From Hemiscyllium ocellatum (lineage: Eukaryota): DNA of 64,000 nt. The DNA is taken from the NCBI RefSeq assembly GCF_020745735.1, contig NC_083442.1, positions 33,080,072 through 33,144,071 on the forward strand. Reading direction: 5' to 3'. This document shows positions 12,601 to 27,600 of the stretch, piece after piece. Within the stretch, counting starts at the first letter, position 1; every line of letters begins with the position of its first letter. Made by a program: the position numbers and the translations under genes. The notes beneath the pieces are model-generated. The model was not told the DNA's origin. It saw only the letters and a list, made by a program, of their open reading frames with translations, and did no database searches.

Positions 12601-15600
12601 AAATCTGGCTCATTATAAATACAGATCTTTCCTTTAACCACTAGTTGAATGCAGAATGCAGATGACTATCCATTGTAATTTACACTTCATTTAGACAGTC
12701 ATTTGCTATTACTTGTCTGCTATTGTCAAGTTAAACTATCAATTCAATCTTTCCCATCCCGAAATGCTTTCTGGCCAAATATATGTCGCACCTGCACTGT
12801 CTCGGGGAATCAGTCAGGAAAGCGTTTGCATTAGGATTCCTCAGGATTAGCGTATTAGCATTTGCATTATCTCAGAGGATGACTTCATCCTGCCATTGTA
12901 CCTGGGGTAACATGTGACTGAGAGTGACTGGGGGGTTGTCTTGAGTGGCATGAGACTGTGAGGGAATGGCTAAGCATCTGTAGCATTGCCAACTGATTTG
13001 TATAAAGGGGATGTATTTTCTTTGTTCAGGGCTTCACTTTGACCCAATTTTGCTTGCCTGCGAAGAGGGCCAAAGGGGGTCACCCAGCTTGTACAAGCTT
13101 TATTAAACTTTAACAGTTTGCAGATGTTGATGTGCGTGATTTGCATCTCGTGTGCGAAACCTCAGGAAAAGAATCTAACAACTGGAGAGAGTGAGCATGA
13201 GTATCTGGAGAGGTGTGTGTGTCTGTGGAGGTGATGGTACGCAATTGTCAAGTATTGGGAATAGGTCCGGGTGTCTTTTGGCTCCGTGTGTACTGAAGAG
13301 TTGGACTGGATATTTAATAGCTTTCTTGGAAGCTAATTGTTTAGCTGCAGAAGAACCTGCCAAATTTGCTGACTTGAACAGTTCTTTTACAGTGGTCTAG
13401 ACACAGCGGAATGCCAATCGGAATCAACTTCCCAGGCAATCCCTACATCAGGGATTCTGCAGGGTCCACACACACAACTCCCACCTATGCTGCTGAAATG
13501 ACTACAGGTCGTTCTGCTATAATGCACATTTCATTAATGTGAATTTGCTATAACACAATTAATGAAATAGGGACACTGTTTCTAAAGCACGAACTTTTAA
13601 AGCAGATATTGGTTATAATGAGATTTTATAAAATGGGATTGCCTGAGAACGGAACTACCGCGTTATAGCAGACTGACTGTACTCCGAGGTTATTTGAGAA
13701 AGTGGAGGGAGTTAGTGATAAGAATGTTAGCAAGAAGTGTCCTGGTGATAAAATTGCAGGTGGTGCACGCAAAAGAAAGACTATAACACTGAAAGATAAG
13801 TCAGATATTATAAAGCGTTTTGAGCGTAAGGACAGAAATATGATATAGCTCGCTTAACAGGAATGAGAGTGTATACCTTACAATGACAATCCTCTGTCCA
13901 ATATTTTTTATGTACTGTGTTCGATTTACTTTCGTTTTGTTGGTAATATCATTTATACATTCGTTCAGGCTGTGCTATACTTTGTGTTAGGCTTTTGGGC
14001 AATTTTTGAGCGATCATGAGTGATATTTTTTGCTGGGCTGCCCCAAGCCCCACTTTTCCCATAGGCCCCGTTATTTATATTTAATGATTTTCTATTAAGC
14101 AAGGGTTCGCTGGAACACAACTATGACATTATAGGAGAATTACTTGTATCTGGCCATTGGAAAACCTGGACCATTATGTTTTATCATGTTTCTCAGCATC
14201 CCAAATGCTTCAAATATAAGTCATTTGAAACTTGGTAATTATTACCATATGGGAATCAGAATAGTCAGTTTGTGCATAGCAATGTAACAAATAGAAATGT
14301 CTAAGAGGCTGCTGGAACTCTCTATGCTTCAAATAAAGGAAGGGCCTTTATAGGAAGATGGAACTTCAATTTAATGTCTCACCTCTGATGATGCAGCATT
14401 TCTTCAGCAAATTAATAGTGCTTCAATCCACATTTTGTACTCCAGTACCAAATAAGATTAAAGCCACAATATTTTGACTCAGATGTGTGAATCCCACCAG
14501 CAGTTAATCACCTGTGGCACAGTGCTCTTATGTAACTCCAGGCTAGACTCTCGGGTACTTACGAAGACTCAATAATCGATGCTCTTGCTTTAAGTTCTTT
14601 AATTCCTGAGATACAAAATCTTTCATCTGTTTAATGTCCATCCCTTGGCGTTTCTGCATGCAATAGTGAAAAGGAGTCACTCACAGCCAGATCTGTAATA
14701 CTTACAATGAAATAGCCACTTAATCTTTGCTGATTTTCTCAACTTCTCTCCTGAAGATGCTGAATCTTGCTGCAGTAACTCACACCAAGACCAGTTTTCT
14801 GATCAACCCCCAAGCTCATTCACCAATAGTATATATGGAATTTCCTCTCTGTTTCTCACCCTTTAAGATACTCCTTAAAAACTGCCATTGCACACCCTAT
14901 TCCCATTCTAATATCTCAGTGTCAAATCACATTTTCTAACACTGTGATATATCTGAGGGAGGGGGAAATAAATATATTGAGACATTACATAAATGAAAGT
15001 TGTTTTTGTGGGGTGCAGTTCTGTAGTAAAAACCCTAAGATACCTCTTTATTGTTCACAGGATGTTGGCATTACCCACAGGGGGAGCTTTTATTGCCCAT
15101 CCATATTTGCCCTTACGATGGTAGTGGGAAGCTGCCTCCTTGATCTGCAGACAAATCGACCCTTCTTCAAGAGTGAACCTGAACACAGGTATTAGCGAGT
15201 TTGGGATCTTGAGTGGTACCACTGCTGAGCTCGATTTTGTCCACAAAGAATAGACTCTCGCAAGTGCATGAACCACAGATTAGTATGGATGTACGGCAAG
15301 TAATCAGGAAAGATAATAGAACATTATGTTTATTGTGACAGAATGGCATGCAAGAGTAGAGAGGTTACACTTCAGTTATATCGGGCATTGGTGTGACCAC
15401 ATCGGAGTACACTGGTCACTGTACTTACAGAAGGATATTAAACGCTGGAAGTGGTTCAGAGGAGCTTTACAGGACTGAAACCTGGAATGAGCAGATTGTT
15501 TTATGAGGAAAGGATGCATAGGCTAGGTCTGAATTCTCTGGAGTTTTGGAAGAGTCATGGGCGACTTAAGTGAAACATATAACATCCTGAGAGAACTTGA

Positions 15601-18600
15601 CCGGGTGTATGTCAAAAGGATATTTTCTCCTGCGCAGGTGTCTAGATCGGAGACGTTATACTTTAAAAATAAGGGCTCACACATTTAAGACAGATAAGGA
15701 AACATTTCTTATTTTTTTTCCTCAGAGGACTGAGTGTCTTTGGAATTCCCTCCCTGAGAACGCAATGAATGTAGAAGCTTTAAATATTCTTAAAGCAGAG
15801 GTAGAGAGATTCTTGATGACCAAAGGGATGAAAGATTATCGGGGATATGCAGGAATGTAGGGATGAGGTTAAAATCAGATCAGCCACGATGTGATTGAAT
15901 GGGAAAGTAGGCTTGAAGGGATGTGTGGCTTATACTTATTCCTTGCACATCTGGATTGTGAGCCCTGTCTTGTTTTTCATCCTGCTTAACTCATGGCGCG
16001 GTTGTGAACAGGAAAGGCTACAATTGCAGCTGCAATTGCCTGCTCTGCATCATTGACAGGACAGTGCTGCACTGACTGAGCCATCAATCAAACTTGGGAT
16101 CTAGATTATTGGATCTGAACAAAGAAGAAAGTAGGCAATTCATCCATGTAAACACAATATAATTGTGCCAATCCTTTCTGTGCTCTCTTCCTGAGGTGCT
16201 AACTCACAAGTTTAGTCAAAATAATTTAGCAGGGACACCGCCAATTGTAATCTGTATAATATTTCTCAAAAGACAAAAGGTGCCTCGCACAGGATAGCAT
16301 GATTAAACAGCTATCTTTCATTGATACTCACATCATACTGTGTCTGAAGCCTTCTTGCTTTCTGACTTAAGAAACCGAATACATTGGAGAAATGCTCATT
16401 CCGAATCTCTTTGAAAACCTGTAAAAGTAGCAACATATAAACAAACAATTTACTTGCAACAGTTAAAAACACACAAGTAAAGGCTGCTCAGCTTGATTGC
16501 TGAACCCCAACCTTAGGGCAGCCAAAGGGTAATAGAGTTATTGAATAATTTGTCAAGGAGGCTGAAGCAGAAAATATAAATAAACACCCAGGATAATTTG
16601 ATGAGAGAAAAAAAAGACAAAATTAATGAAAAGGAAAATTAATGGAAAGATTAACATAAATAAAGAATAGCTTTTAGCATCATAGGTATGTCCAATTCAC
16701 AGATCTATAAAATTAGGAATCAATTTAATTCCTCTTTGGGAATTTCATCTGAACTAGGGATTGCTACTTTAGGTGTCAGTGTAATGCTTGTGTCAATACA
16801 AACCTTCATAAACAGCTGACAAAAACATCATCACATCTGAAGCACTGACCCTGTCTGAACCTACCCCTCACAATCCCTCAGCCCCATGCAAACTCCTGTG
16901 GGAGAAAAATGCACAGAATAAATGTTCCACAGACACTGAGACATTTCCTGTCTGAAATGAGTGTTACTGGACAGGAGCATCACCCAAAAACCCCATCTCC
17001 CCTCCATGCAATGTACGTCCAGAGGGAATATGTTCAGCTCCCTTCTCAAATACATAGTTGGCAACTTTTTCGAACAGTTGACTGCTCTTTTCCAAACCAG
17101 TGCCTCAATTAACACACTATTCACTTTATCCTTACACCTTATGATTTTATAAACCTCCATAAGGTCACCCCGGAATCTCAAACTCCAGTCTATCCTGCCT
17201 ATTTTTATATCTCAAATTCACCCCCCCCCACCCCCCCAATTGTGAAGAGTGCACTTGCGTTCTTATTCATTCATTTATTGCCCATCCCTAATTGCCCACA
17301 GAGCAGTTAAGAGCCAATCACATTGCTGTGGGTCTGGAGTTACATATCGCCCAGACCATGTAAGGAAGGCAATTTCCTTCCCTAAAAGATCTTAGTTGAG
17401 CTAGATGGGTTTTTCCCAACAATGAGTTCATTATTAGACTCTTAATTCCAGACTTTTTAAAAAAAGTTGAAATAAATCTCCCCCATTGGCCATGGCAAGA
17501 TTTGAACTCAGGTCCTCAGATCTCTCTGGATCAATAGTCTAGTGATAATCCAACTAGGCTATCAACTCCTCTACATCATCTTGGAGCTACAAGTTGCTGT
17601 TACAAACTGGAGAAGTGATTTAGGATTTGTTCCCATGAGGTAACAGCACTAACATTAGTCATTGCTAAACACCAGCACTGACAACATTCAATCCGAACAA
17701 GTTAACAGTACGAAACCATTACAAATTTGGCAGACTGCACCTTGCACATTTATAAACAATAAAGGAAGAATCTGGGAAGTGAGAAAAATGGGATTTTTTT
17801 GCCACATTACTAAAGAAAAAAAAAGTTAAGCAGCTCAGACTATAAACAAATGATAAGAGACTCTGTAGAGATTGCATTAGTTCGATTAATGACCTTATTC
17901 ACAGCTGAAAGGTTTCTCACTTTTGTACTCACCTTATCCTGAGAGTTCAGCAACACTTTCACACTTTTATTCGATGAAGTCACTTCTGAGCCAAAGTCCA
18001 CACTTCCTGAAATTTACCAGATTCCACAGTTAATTCTCCAGAGAGGAGGCCAGTTATATGCATCCGCAGGCTGAAAATGAGGGACTGCATCAAGGACAAT
18101 AATGAACTGTCCAACCTCCTAATCAATCCAAAGGCCCAATAGTCTCACACTCAGAAATCAATTACCTTCAATCACACATTCTTCTTGTATTCCTGGTTCT
18201 CCAGAAAACACTGACTGAGCTATGATATGGTTTTCTCCACCTCAACAGAGTCCCAGTACGCTACCCGAGTGACCATTCTTCATCTTGTGTTGTATTAATA
18301 TAGTAACGTAGGTCTTAGCAGCAGGGTTAGGCCACTTAACTTTTCAATCTTGCTCTATCATTCAATAAGATCATGATTGAACATAAGAAACTGCTGGCGA
18401 AATTCAGAAGATCTGACAGCGTCTCCGGCGAGAAAGAGATAATGTTTCAAGCTCATTGATCTGTCTTCAGAATGTTCCAATAAACGATTCTGAAGAAGGA
18501 GCTTTGGGCTTGAAGCATTAATTCTTTCTGTCCGCAGATCTTGAGACCTGATGTTCTCCAGTAATTTCTGCTTATGTTTCATTAGCATTTCCAGCATCTA

Positions 18601-21600
18601 CAGTTTTGTTTTATGAAAGATCTGAGTACTGTCTCAACTCCTTTTTCCTGCCTGCCGCTATAACCCTCGACTCCCTTGTCTACCAAAGGTCCATTAAACC
18701 CCACCTTGAATAAAATCAACTACCCTGCCTCCAGTGCAGGGGTAACAGAACTCCACACTCACTCTGAAAAGAACTTCCATCTCCATCTTAAAAAGGGAGA
18801 TTTTTAATACAGCAAATGTTTTATTAACTGACACCTATGGAACCAGGAGTGTGACAGCTGATCAAATATTCCAGTCAATCAAGAGGTCCACAATGCAAAA
18901 ACACACCCAAAGTAATTGAAATATAATACAGAGGGTATACGTATTGCTGTTAGCCTTTATTTACAGCACATAAATCACTTTAATAATGATGCAACTTTGC
19001 CTTCAATTAAACTTAACGGCAGACAGTCGTTTCATTCACACCCTCTGACTACTTGGACATTACGAAGATCTTCCAGTATTTGAGATATATAATTTTTGCC
19101 GCTAGTCGCAACTGCTGGTTCATTAGATGCCTGTTAAAACAAAGTTTGCTGTACTTAAAATGTACCCTCTAATTCCGGTCTGGAAAGGGAATGTCATGCC
19201 AACATTCATTCTACCAAGTTTCCACAGGATCATATGTGTTTCAAGAAAATCACCATGGTAGTGTTAATAGCCTGTTCGACCATACTGGTTTGGTAGGTAA
19301 TATTCTGACTGAAGTCAAATCTCATAGGCTCAAATCCCGAAACAGATACTTGAGCACACAGTATTCCCAATATTCCTTCTTTTTCAGCAGATCATTCCTT
19401 TTTCTCAAAAAGTATAAAACCTATCACATTTCCACCTCTCTTCAGTTCCAAAAAAGATTCATATTAAACTTGTAACGTTCACTCTGTTCCCCGCTCCACA
19501 GATGATGCTAGACCTACTGAGTTTCTGCAGCACTTTGTTTTTATAGCCTCTCTGATGAGGCATTAAACCATTGTTACAACTACCTTAAGATGATGCAAAA
19601 GGCTGCACATCACTCTCACAAATCCCAGAAGTGAAGACCACTATTTACTACTTCACTCCCACTCTGCCTGCCTTCAGCTCTAGTCAATTCGAAAAATACA
19701 TTTGCTGTTAATACACCATCAATAAATGCAATAAAGTGGACTCACTCACCGCATTTTATTCTGAACACATCATCCACAAGTCCTTCATATACAACTTGAG
19801 AACACATGGGAGTCACATAATCCACATCTGCAAACAAAGCAAATGGATTCAAATTCAAAGTATAGTAAGGCTATAATATTCGATACATAACCCATTTACA
19901 GGTAGACCTACACCAGGAACTGTATTAATTCAGGTTCAACAGGTTAAAATGCTGACTTGTGATTCTTTTCACGTATAATGTGGGATTTGGGAGTCACTGG
20001 TATACCACTTTGTTATCTATCTCCAAATGCCCTTGAGAAGGTGATGGTGAGCCACCTTTCTTGAACCACTGAAAAGCATGTGGTGCAGATACACTCTCAA
20101 GGTTGTGATGAAGGAAGTCCCAGAATTTTTACCCAATGACAGAGCTATAATGCTGTTGCCTTGCTAAGGCAGGATGATGTGTAGTTTGGAAAGAAACTTG
20201 CAGGTAGTGATGTTCCCATGTATCTGCTGTGCTTGTCCTAATACGTAGTACTTGAGAAAGGATGTACTGGCACTGGAGGGGGTGCAGAGGAAGTTCACTA
20301 GGTTGATTCTGAATTCATTGGAATTCAGAAGATGAGGGAGAATCATATAGAAACATAAAATTATGAAGGGAATAGAGAAGATAGAAGTAGAGAGGATGTT
20401 TCCACTGGCAGGTGAAGCTAGGACAAGAGGGCATAGCCTCAAGATTAGAGGGAGCAGATTTAGGACTGAATTGAGAAGGAACTTCTTCACCCAGAGGGTT
20501 GTTAATTTATGGAATTCCCTGCCCAGTGTAGTTGACATTACTTCAGCAAATATTTTTAAAGCTAAGGTAGTTTTTTTTGAACAATAAAGAAATTAAAGGA
20601 TATGATGAGAGCTCGGGTAAGTGGAGTTGAGTCCACAAGAAGATCACCCATGATCTACTGAATGGCAGAGCAGGCTCGAAGGGCTGGATGGCCTACTCCT
20701 ATTCCTAGTTCTTATGTTCTTATTAGAGTGAAACAGAAACAGAAATTTCTGGAAAAACTCAATAGGTGTGGCAGCCTCTATGGAGAGAAAGCAGAGTTAA
20801 TGTTTTGGGTACAATGACCCTTCTTCAGAAGAAGCTGTAGAGTAAGTTTGAAAGGAGGTGCTTTGGCAAGCTGCTGCTGTGCATCTTGTGGATGGCGGAC
20901 ATGGCTGGTGTGAATGCTGAAGGTGGGCAGTGCCAGTCAAATAGACTCCTTTGTTTTCGATGAGCTTCTTGAGACATGTCAGAGATACACTCATCTAGGC
21001 AAGTAGGAAGTATTCAATCACACTCCTGACTTGCCCACTGTAGAATCTTTGAAGAGTCAGGATGGGGGTTACTCATTGCAGGATTCCCAGCAACTGGCTT
21101 GCTCTTGAAGCCACGGTATGCGTATGGCTGATCCAGTTCAGTTTGTGGTCAATACTAACCCCCAAAATATTGTGTACAGGAACCTGACAAGTCAGGGAAT
21201 TAGAAATGTTCTGAGAAGCGCAAGTATATGCATCACAACTATCCTTGGTGCCCCTTAGGAGCAACATTTCCTGCACCTGATGATTATCCAGCAAATCATG
21301 CAGGGAAGTGAGATGGGTATGCCCCTTGGATTAAATGAAAAAAAATGGAAGAACGCAAACAGCAACGTAAAACTGTTGAGAAAACAGTTGGTTCCCTACT
21401 GCTCACTGTGTTATTGACTTATCACAGAATCCCAACCGTGTGGAAGCAGGCCATTTGGCTCATTGAGTCCACACCATCGTTCGGAAGAGCATCCCATCCA
21501 GATTGTGCCCCCCAACCCTATCCCTATAACCCTGCATTTCCCCATGGTTAATCTACATAGCATTCATATCCCTGGACTCTATGGGCAATTTTGCTTGGCC

Positions 21601-24600
21601 AACCCACTTAAACTGCACATCTTTTGACTGTCGTAGAAAACTGGAGCACCCAGAAGAAACCCATGCAGATATGGGGAGAATGTGCAAACTCCACACAGTC
21701 ACCAGAGGCTGGAATCGAACTGGCTCTCTGGCTGAGAGGCAACAGAGCTAATCACTGTGTTTGAACAATGGCCAAATACTGGGTCTGCTGCACCTACAAT
21801 GCTTTCTCACTACAGGCAGACAGTCTTCCTACCCTTATACCCAAGCAACGTCCCTGAGTAGATACCAGAGAGGTGCCAGTGGAACAGTATCCCAGCCATG
21901 GTCAGTGCCTGCTGTACAGGCAGGAAGAAACATCGCTCAAACAAGCTGCCCCAGGTTAACTGGACAATCATTGCTCCAATTTCAGTACTCTTTTCTGCAT
22001 ATTGCTGAGTTTTGTTATATTGCAGTACCTCGGTCGAGAAAGAAAACTCGACCAATCTCAGCCTGACGTGGTTTAATTTCATTCTCTGAATCCTCCACCA
22101 TCTCCTTCCATAGCTCATAGGTCATCTAATCCAGAGGGAAAAAAAAGAGGGAAGAGATTAAAATAATCAGAAACCAAAACAGAAATTTTGCATGTTTGAT
22201 AGCAATTTTGCATTCATCAAAATGGGGGAAGAATGTACTGAGTGTGAAGTACTTCAGGGCAGATACATCACAAGGCTAAACAGAGCAAAGATCTCTCTAC
22301 ACTGTCTTATCGAACACTTCCAGGACTGGCAAGTGTAGGACTCTGAGGCCTATGCACAGTAGTGAATTCTGGAACCAGAATTCAATGCCATTGGTGGGGT
22401 GCTCACACCAATGACTATGTGTGGAACATTGGAATGGTTTTGTTGTGTACAGCCTAAGGGGAAAATGTTACAGCACTGGGTTAGACATAGAAGGAAGTTC
22501 CCTTTACAATGTGCCCATTAAACATTCTCAGGGGAGGTATAGCATGAATCAGATGGATGGTAAAGCTCCTTTTATACTGTTCCATCAATTACTCCAACGG
22601 TTAAGTAAATCACAACTTGGATAGAGAAGTGTTCCTTTGTTTTGTCCAAACAAGACTCAGTCAAAAGTTCAAAACAATATGCCATTTGGCCCCTTTGCAC
22701 ACAAGCTACTCAGAAATGTCTGTGGATGACTGAATTAAAGATGCTGTATACTGTGGACCTGGAAACACTAGGAAGTGGTCAGAGACCACATTCAAAGTGA
22801 ATTCATACAGCATCCTTATAAATAACAAGAGGAAAGTTTCCTTCCCAAAATCTGAGATGGCCAATATCGCAAAAATAGAAGGTTTCACAGTCAACTTAAC
22901 TCAGCGCCTTTACCTTCTTATAGTCTAAGCAGGAATAAAGCACATTATCTGGACTTGCACTTCAGTCTTAGTTCAATTCTCAAACCCTGCTATGTCTGTA
23001 CGTGTGTGGAGGGAAGAACAACTTAAAATTACATAGTGACCTTTCATCTCTGCAGCCTTGATTTCAAAGAAGCACTGACTGATGGTTGTAACAATTCAAT
23101 ACGGAACGAGTTCACCGACACAGATGACAAGGTTCAGAAGATGAATAGGCTCGTGTAATTCTAACCTGCCACTTTCCACATCCTTTCTTCATTAGGAAAC
23201 TAATGGTTCCACAGAGGTGATCAGATGAATTGTCCAATTAATAATTCATTCTCATTTCATGTTCTATTACCTTTGCACATCTGCCAATTCCGTACGTCTT
23301 TATGAAAGGTCCAAACAGCGAGTACAACACGTGTAGAGCCTTTGCCACCGTACAGATCCATCGATGGTCACCCTCCTGAGGGCAAACACATGGAAATATA
23401 TGGCACTGGACCCCCTTTGCAACAGCCATCTTAAAATGCAACCTTGAACTATGATATTAATTTCCTATCCCTCACTGCTTTCAGAATGTGGTGAAGCTCC
23501 TTGAACCATTATGTTTAATATCGGAGTGTCTAATGAGGCCAGTTTAGGGAACATGAGGGAAGAAGGAATAAAAAAAAGTAACTTATAAATTGAGATGGAA
23601 GGTAGGAGAAGGCTGACATGGAACATAAAATCTTGACAAATGGCATGTTTCAGGCTGTAAATTCCAAGTTAGTGTAGATTGAGTGGCTCAATAACTTGGC
23701 ACAGTGACTTTACCAACTGACCCACACACTTCATTACATTCAGACAGATAGTTCAAAACCACTTCAAGACCTTATTTCCTCCCCTAAGAGGTTACTTAAA
23801 CCCCAAACTGCCAAGTATTAAGTTTTTTGTCACCTGTTCCGAGTCAGATTTTATTTGATATTACTTCTGTAAAGTGTCTTGGCACATTCTGGGAAGCTAA
23901 AGGTGCGAATGTGGGAAAATATGACATTGTCGATTTTGACAAGAACAAAAAGCAAACTGTCTAAATGGTGAGAGATTGCAGAGTTCTGAGGTGAAGAACC
24001 TGGGTGTCCTAGAGCACGAATAGCAAAACTTTGTATACAGTGGGTACAGCAAGTCATTAGGTAAATAATAGAATGTTATCATTCATTGCAAAGGGACTGG
24101 ATTACAAAAATCGGGAGGTGATACTTCAGTTATACAGAGTACTGGTGAGACCTCATCTGTAGTACCATGTACAGTATTGATCTCCTTACTGAAGAAAGGA
24201 TGTTAATGTGTGGGAACTGGTTCAGAGAAGGTTTACCACACTAATAACTGGAATAGGTTGCCTTATTATGAAAAGTGGAACAGGTTAGGTTTGTATCTAT
24301 CGGAGTTTAGTGAGTAAGAGGAGATTTGATTGAGATACATAGGGACCTTGAGGGGTCGTGACAGGAATGATGCGGATCAGATGCTTTCTCTTGTAGGAAA
24401 ATCTAGGTTTAGGGATGACTATTCAGAAATCAGGGATCACTCATTTGAAAAAGGAGATGAGGTAATTGTGTTCTCAAAGAGGGTTGAAAACTTTGGAACT
24501 CTTCCTGAGCAGACAGTGAAAGCTGAGTCTTTGTAGGTTTTTAAGGCAGAGGTAGAAAAATACTTGGTAAACACAGGGATGAAAGGTTGTCAGGCATCAG

Positions 24601-27600
24601 TGAGAATACAAATGTGCTGCCACAATTAGATCAAATCGAGCCAGCTCCAGAGGCTACTCCTGCTCCTCATTCCTAGGTCAAGAAATGGAAATTGTTATTG
24701 AGGCAGATATTTGCTGGGAAGACCTGGAAGGCCCTCAGCATAAAGCCTGTCACTTACCAAAAAATAGTCACGGAAAAACTCAGGCAACTCCATGCTGATG
24801 ATGTCATCATCCAGAGGCAACAGGTAAAAGGCCCACTCATCAAAGGTTACGTCTGAAATTTCCCAACACAAAGCACAAGGTTAAACATGGTATGAATCAT
24901 TTTAGTCATCTTCCTCCTTTCACAGCACCAAGACCCTAACCAAAGGCTTTCGTAATCTTTAACTTTAAACTGTTGTGTTACAATCAAGAAGCCATGTGCA
25001 GTCATCAGGGGAAGTAAACTGTGGGTGGCATATAATCAAATTGGGCCTGCAGATATCATTCCATTTCCATTTTGAAGAAACATATTCAAACCTTACTTTA
25101 CTTTTCATCATATTTGCCGGGGAATTTACTACATAAACTTGTCACACTGCACCTGCACCATTCCACCAGAAGTGATGCTGCACTATAAATGTGGACATAA
25201 GAACTTACAATGGAAAAAGGCAACAGGGAAACTTTACACCGTATCTAGATTAAACGTCAGCCTTGGATCACTTTCTCCCAGGTCAAAGAGGTTACAGGTT
25301 CAACTGCACCCAGAAACTGAACAGATATGTCCAGGCTAGTAATGAAGCAGTACTGTATTGTCAGAAAGTGATGTCTTTCATAGGAATTGTTAAACTAAGG
25401 CCCCGCCTACCTGTATGGAGCTCCTTTTGAAGAAAGAGCTAAAAAGAGTTTCTCTCCAGTGCCCTGACCAAATTTTACATCTCAACCAACATCAAAAAAG
25501 GATTTCTGGTCATTTATCTCATTGCTGTGCATGGATATTGCTGCATACACACTAGCTTCTAAATTTGCCTACATTCCAAAATTATTTGGAATGCCCCAAA
25601 AATAACAAAAGGTATGACGCAAATACTAGTTCTTTCCTTCCTTTCTTATTTTTCCACCCTGGAGAAAACGTAACTGTTGCCACGGGGTCTGTCTTCGTAA
25701 CCAAATGAACCAAGCTCAGGAGCTTCCAAACTTTGTTTCCTTGCGTTGGCTTTTTAAAAGCCATGTTAATACTTGCATTTGTGTGGCAATTGATCACAAA
25801 GCTGAAGAATACATTTTGAAACTGGTAGCACAATCTCAAACATCTAGGAGATGCATAATCATATATTCATTATTGAGTTTTCTTTGGGTGGTTTTGAATA
25901 AAGGTGCAATGTTGTTCGGGGCATTAGGAAAATTTCTTGCTCTTCTTCCAGCACCACTACTTGTACTTGTAAAGTAGAATCACAGGAATAGTCAAACTAG
26001 GTTGCACTTTAATATCTTCTAAGCAAAAAACAACACCTCAGTCCTCCCTCAATACTGCACTGGAGAGTCAGCTTAGAGTTCAAAGAGCTTGACCCCAACC
26101 CCTACATCAGATTTCTAAATTACAAAGCAGGCTGAGAAATTGCTTACCTCCAAAGATCCCCTCCTCTTCAAGCACAGTCTCACACATGAAGAACTGAAAT
26201 AAAAAGTGGAAAGATTTAACAGGGACCTCAGAGGCAACGTTTTCACACATAGGATGGTGAATGTGTGGAATATGCTGCCAGAGGAAGTGGTAGAGGCTGG
26301 TACAATTACAACATTTAAAAGATTTCTGGAAGGGCTTTGAGAAATGTGGGTCAAATGCTGACAAATGGACTAGATCAGGTTAGAATATTTGATTGGCATG
26401 GACGAGTTGGACGAAGAGTCTGTTTCCATGATGTGTAATTCAGATTATAACACACAGGAATATGGGAATTTGGACTCAGGAACAGGAGTCAGTATGGTTT
26501 TGTGAAAGGGCAACCATGTTTAACCAATTTATTGTAATCCTTTGAAGAAGTAGCATGTGCCATAGATAAATGGGAAATCAATGGATGCATTATACTGTAC
26601 TTGAATATCCAGAAGGCATTTGATACAAAGCCAGAAAGGTCACTACACAATATAAATGCTCAAAATGTAAAAACTTATAAAAGCTCATTTAGGGGGCCTC
26701 AAAACTACAAGAGACTTTTTAACCTTTTACTATTTCTTATCTCTATTCTAACTGACTCTGTGTTTTGATTTTTCAAGTTAATTTCTCAGGTCTGAACCAA
26801 TGCTATTTTTAATTAACAGCGTCACTCTGCTTCCTTTTCATAGCTTCCTGTCATGCAATTATGTCAAATCCCCTGCCACAGTGAAGTCCTAGCCTTTGTG
26901 ATCTTTCAACCATGATTCTGTGATGCCAATTAGGTTATGTATACTTAGTTCATACACATTTATTCCCCTCTCCACATTAACACACACTCAGCTCTGACAT
27001 TCAAACATATCAGCTTCACATTCTAACATGGTTTCTAATACAGTAACATTGTCAGCACATGGATTTCAGTGGGAAGGCCAGTGTTTATTACTAATCCCAG
27101 ACTCCAGGACCTGCTGATTGTCCATCACAGTATTCCAAACCTCGCATCTAAATTATGAAGCTAGCTTAAAGACGACCACATGACCACAGCTGATTGTTGT
27201 AAAAATCAACTGGTTCACTAATGCCTTCAGGGAGGGAAATCTGACATCTTTACCCAATCTTGCCTATTTAAGACTCCAGACCAACAGCAATGTGGTTGAA
27301 TTGTAACTATCCTTGAGGTAATTAGGGATGGGCATTAAATGCTAGCCAAGTCAGCAACACTTACATCTAGTGATTGAATATATATAAAAATAAAAAACAT
27401 GAACTAAATCAACTTTCTCTGGAGACAGCAAAGATCCATGGAGTACATGTCTTGTGAAAGCATGACAGAATAACCGCGGTTATCTGAACATCAACTATCC
27501 GAATTTTGGATTATCCGAACAAGCTCAAGGTCCAGTAAATGCTTCCTTTGCTTATGATCGGATTAGTTATCTGAACAAAATGCTCCCTGCCCATCTCATG

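Noticed and set aside
11942-12641. Two nearly identical ORFs on opposite strands
   Set aside because: A by-product of the inverted repeat; no recognisable domain or splice context
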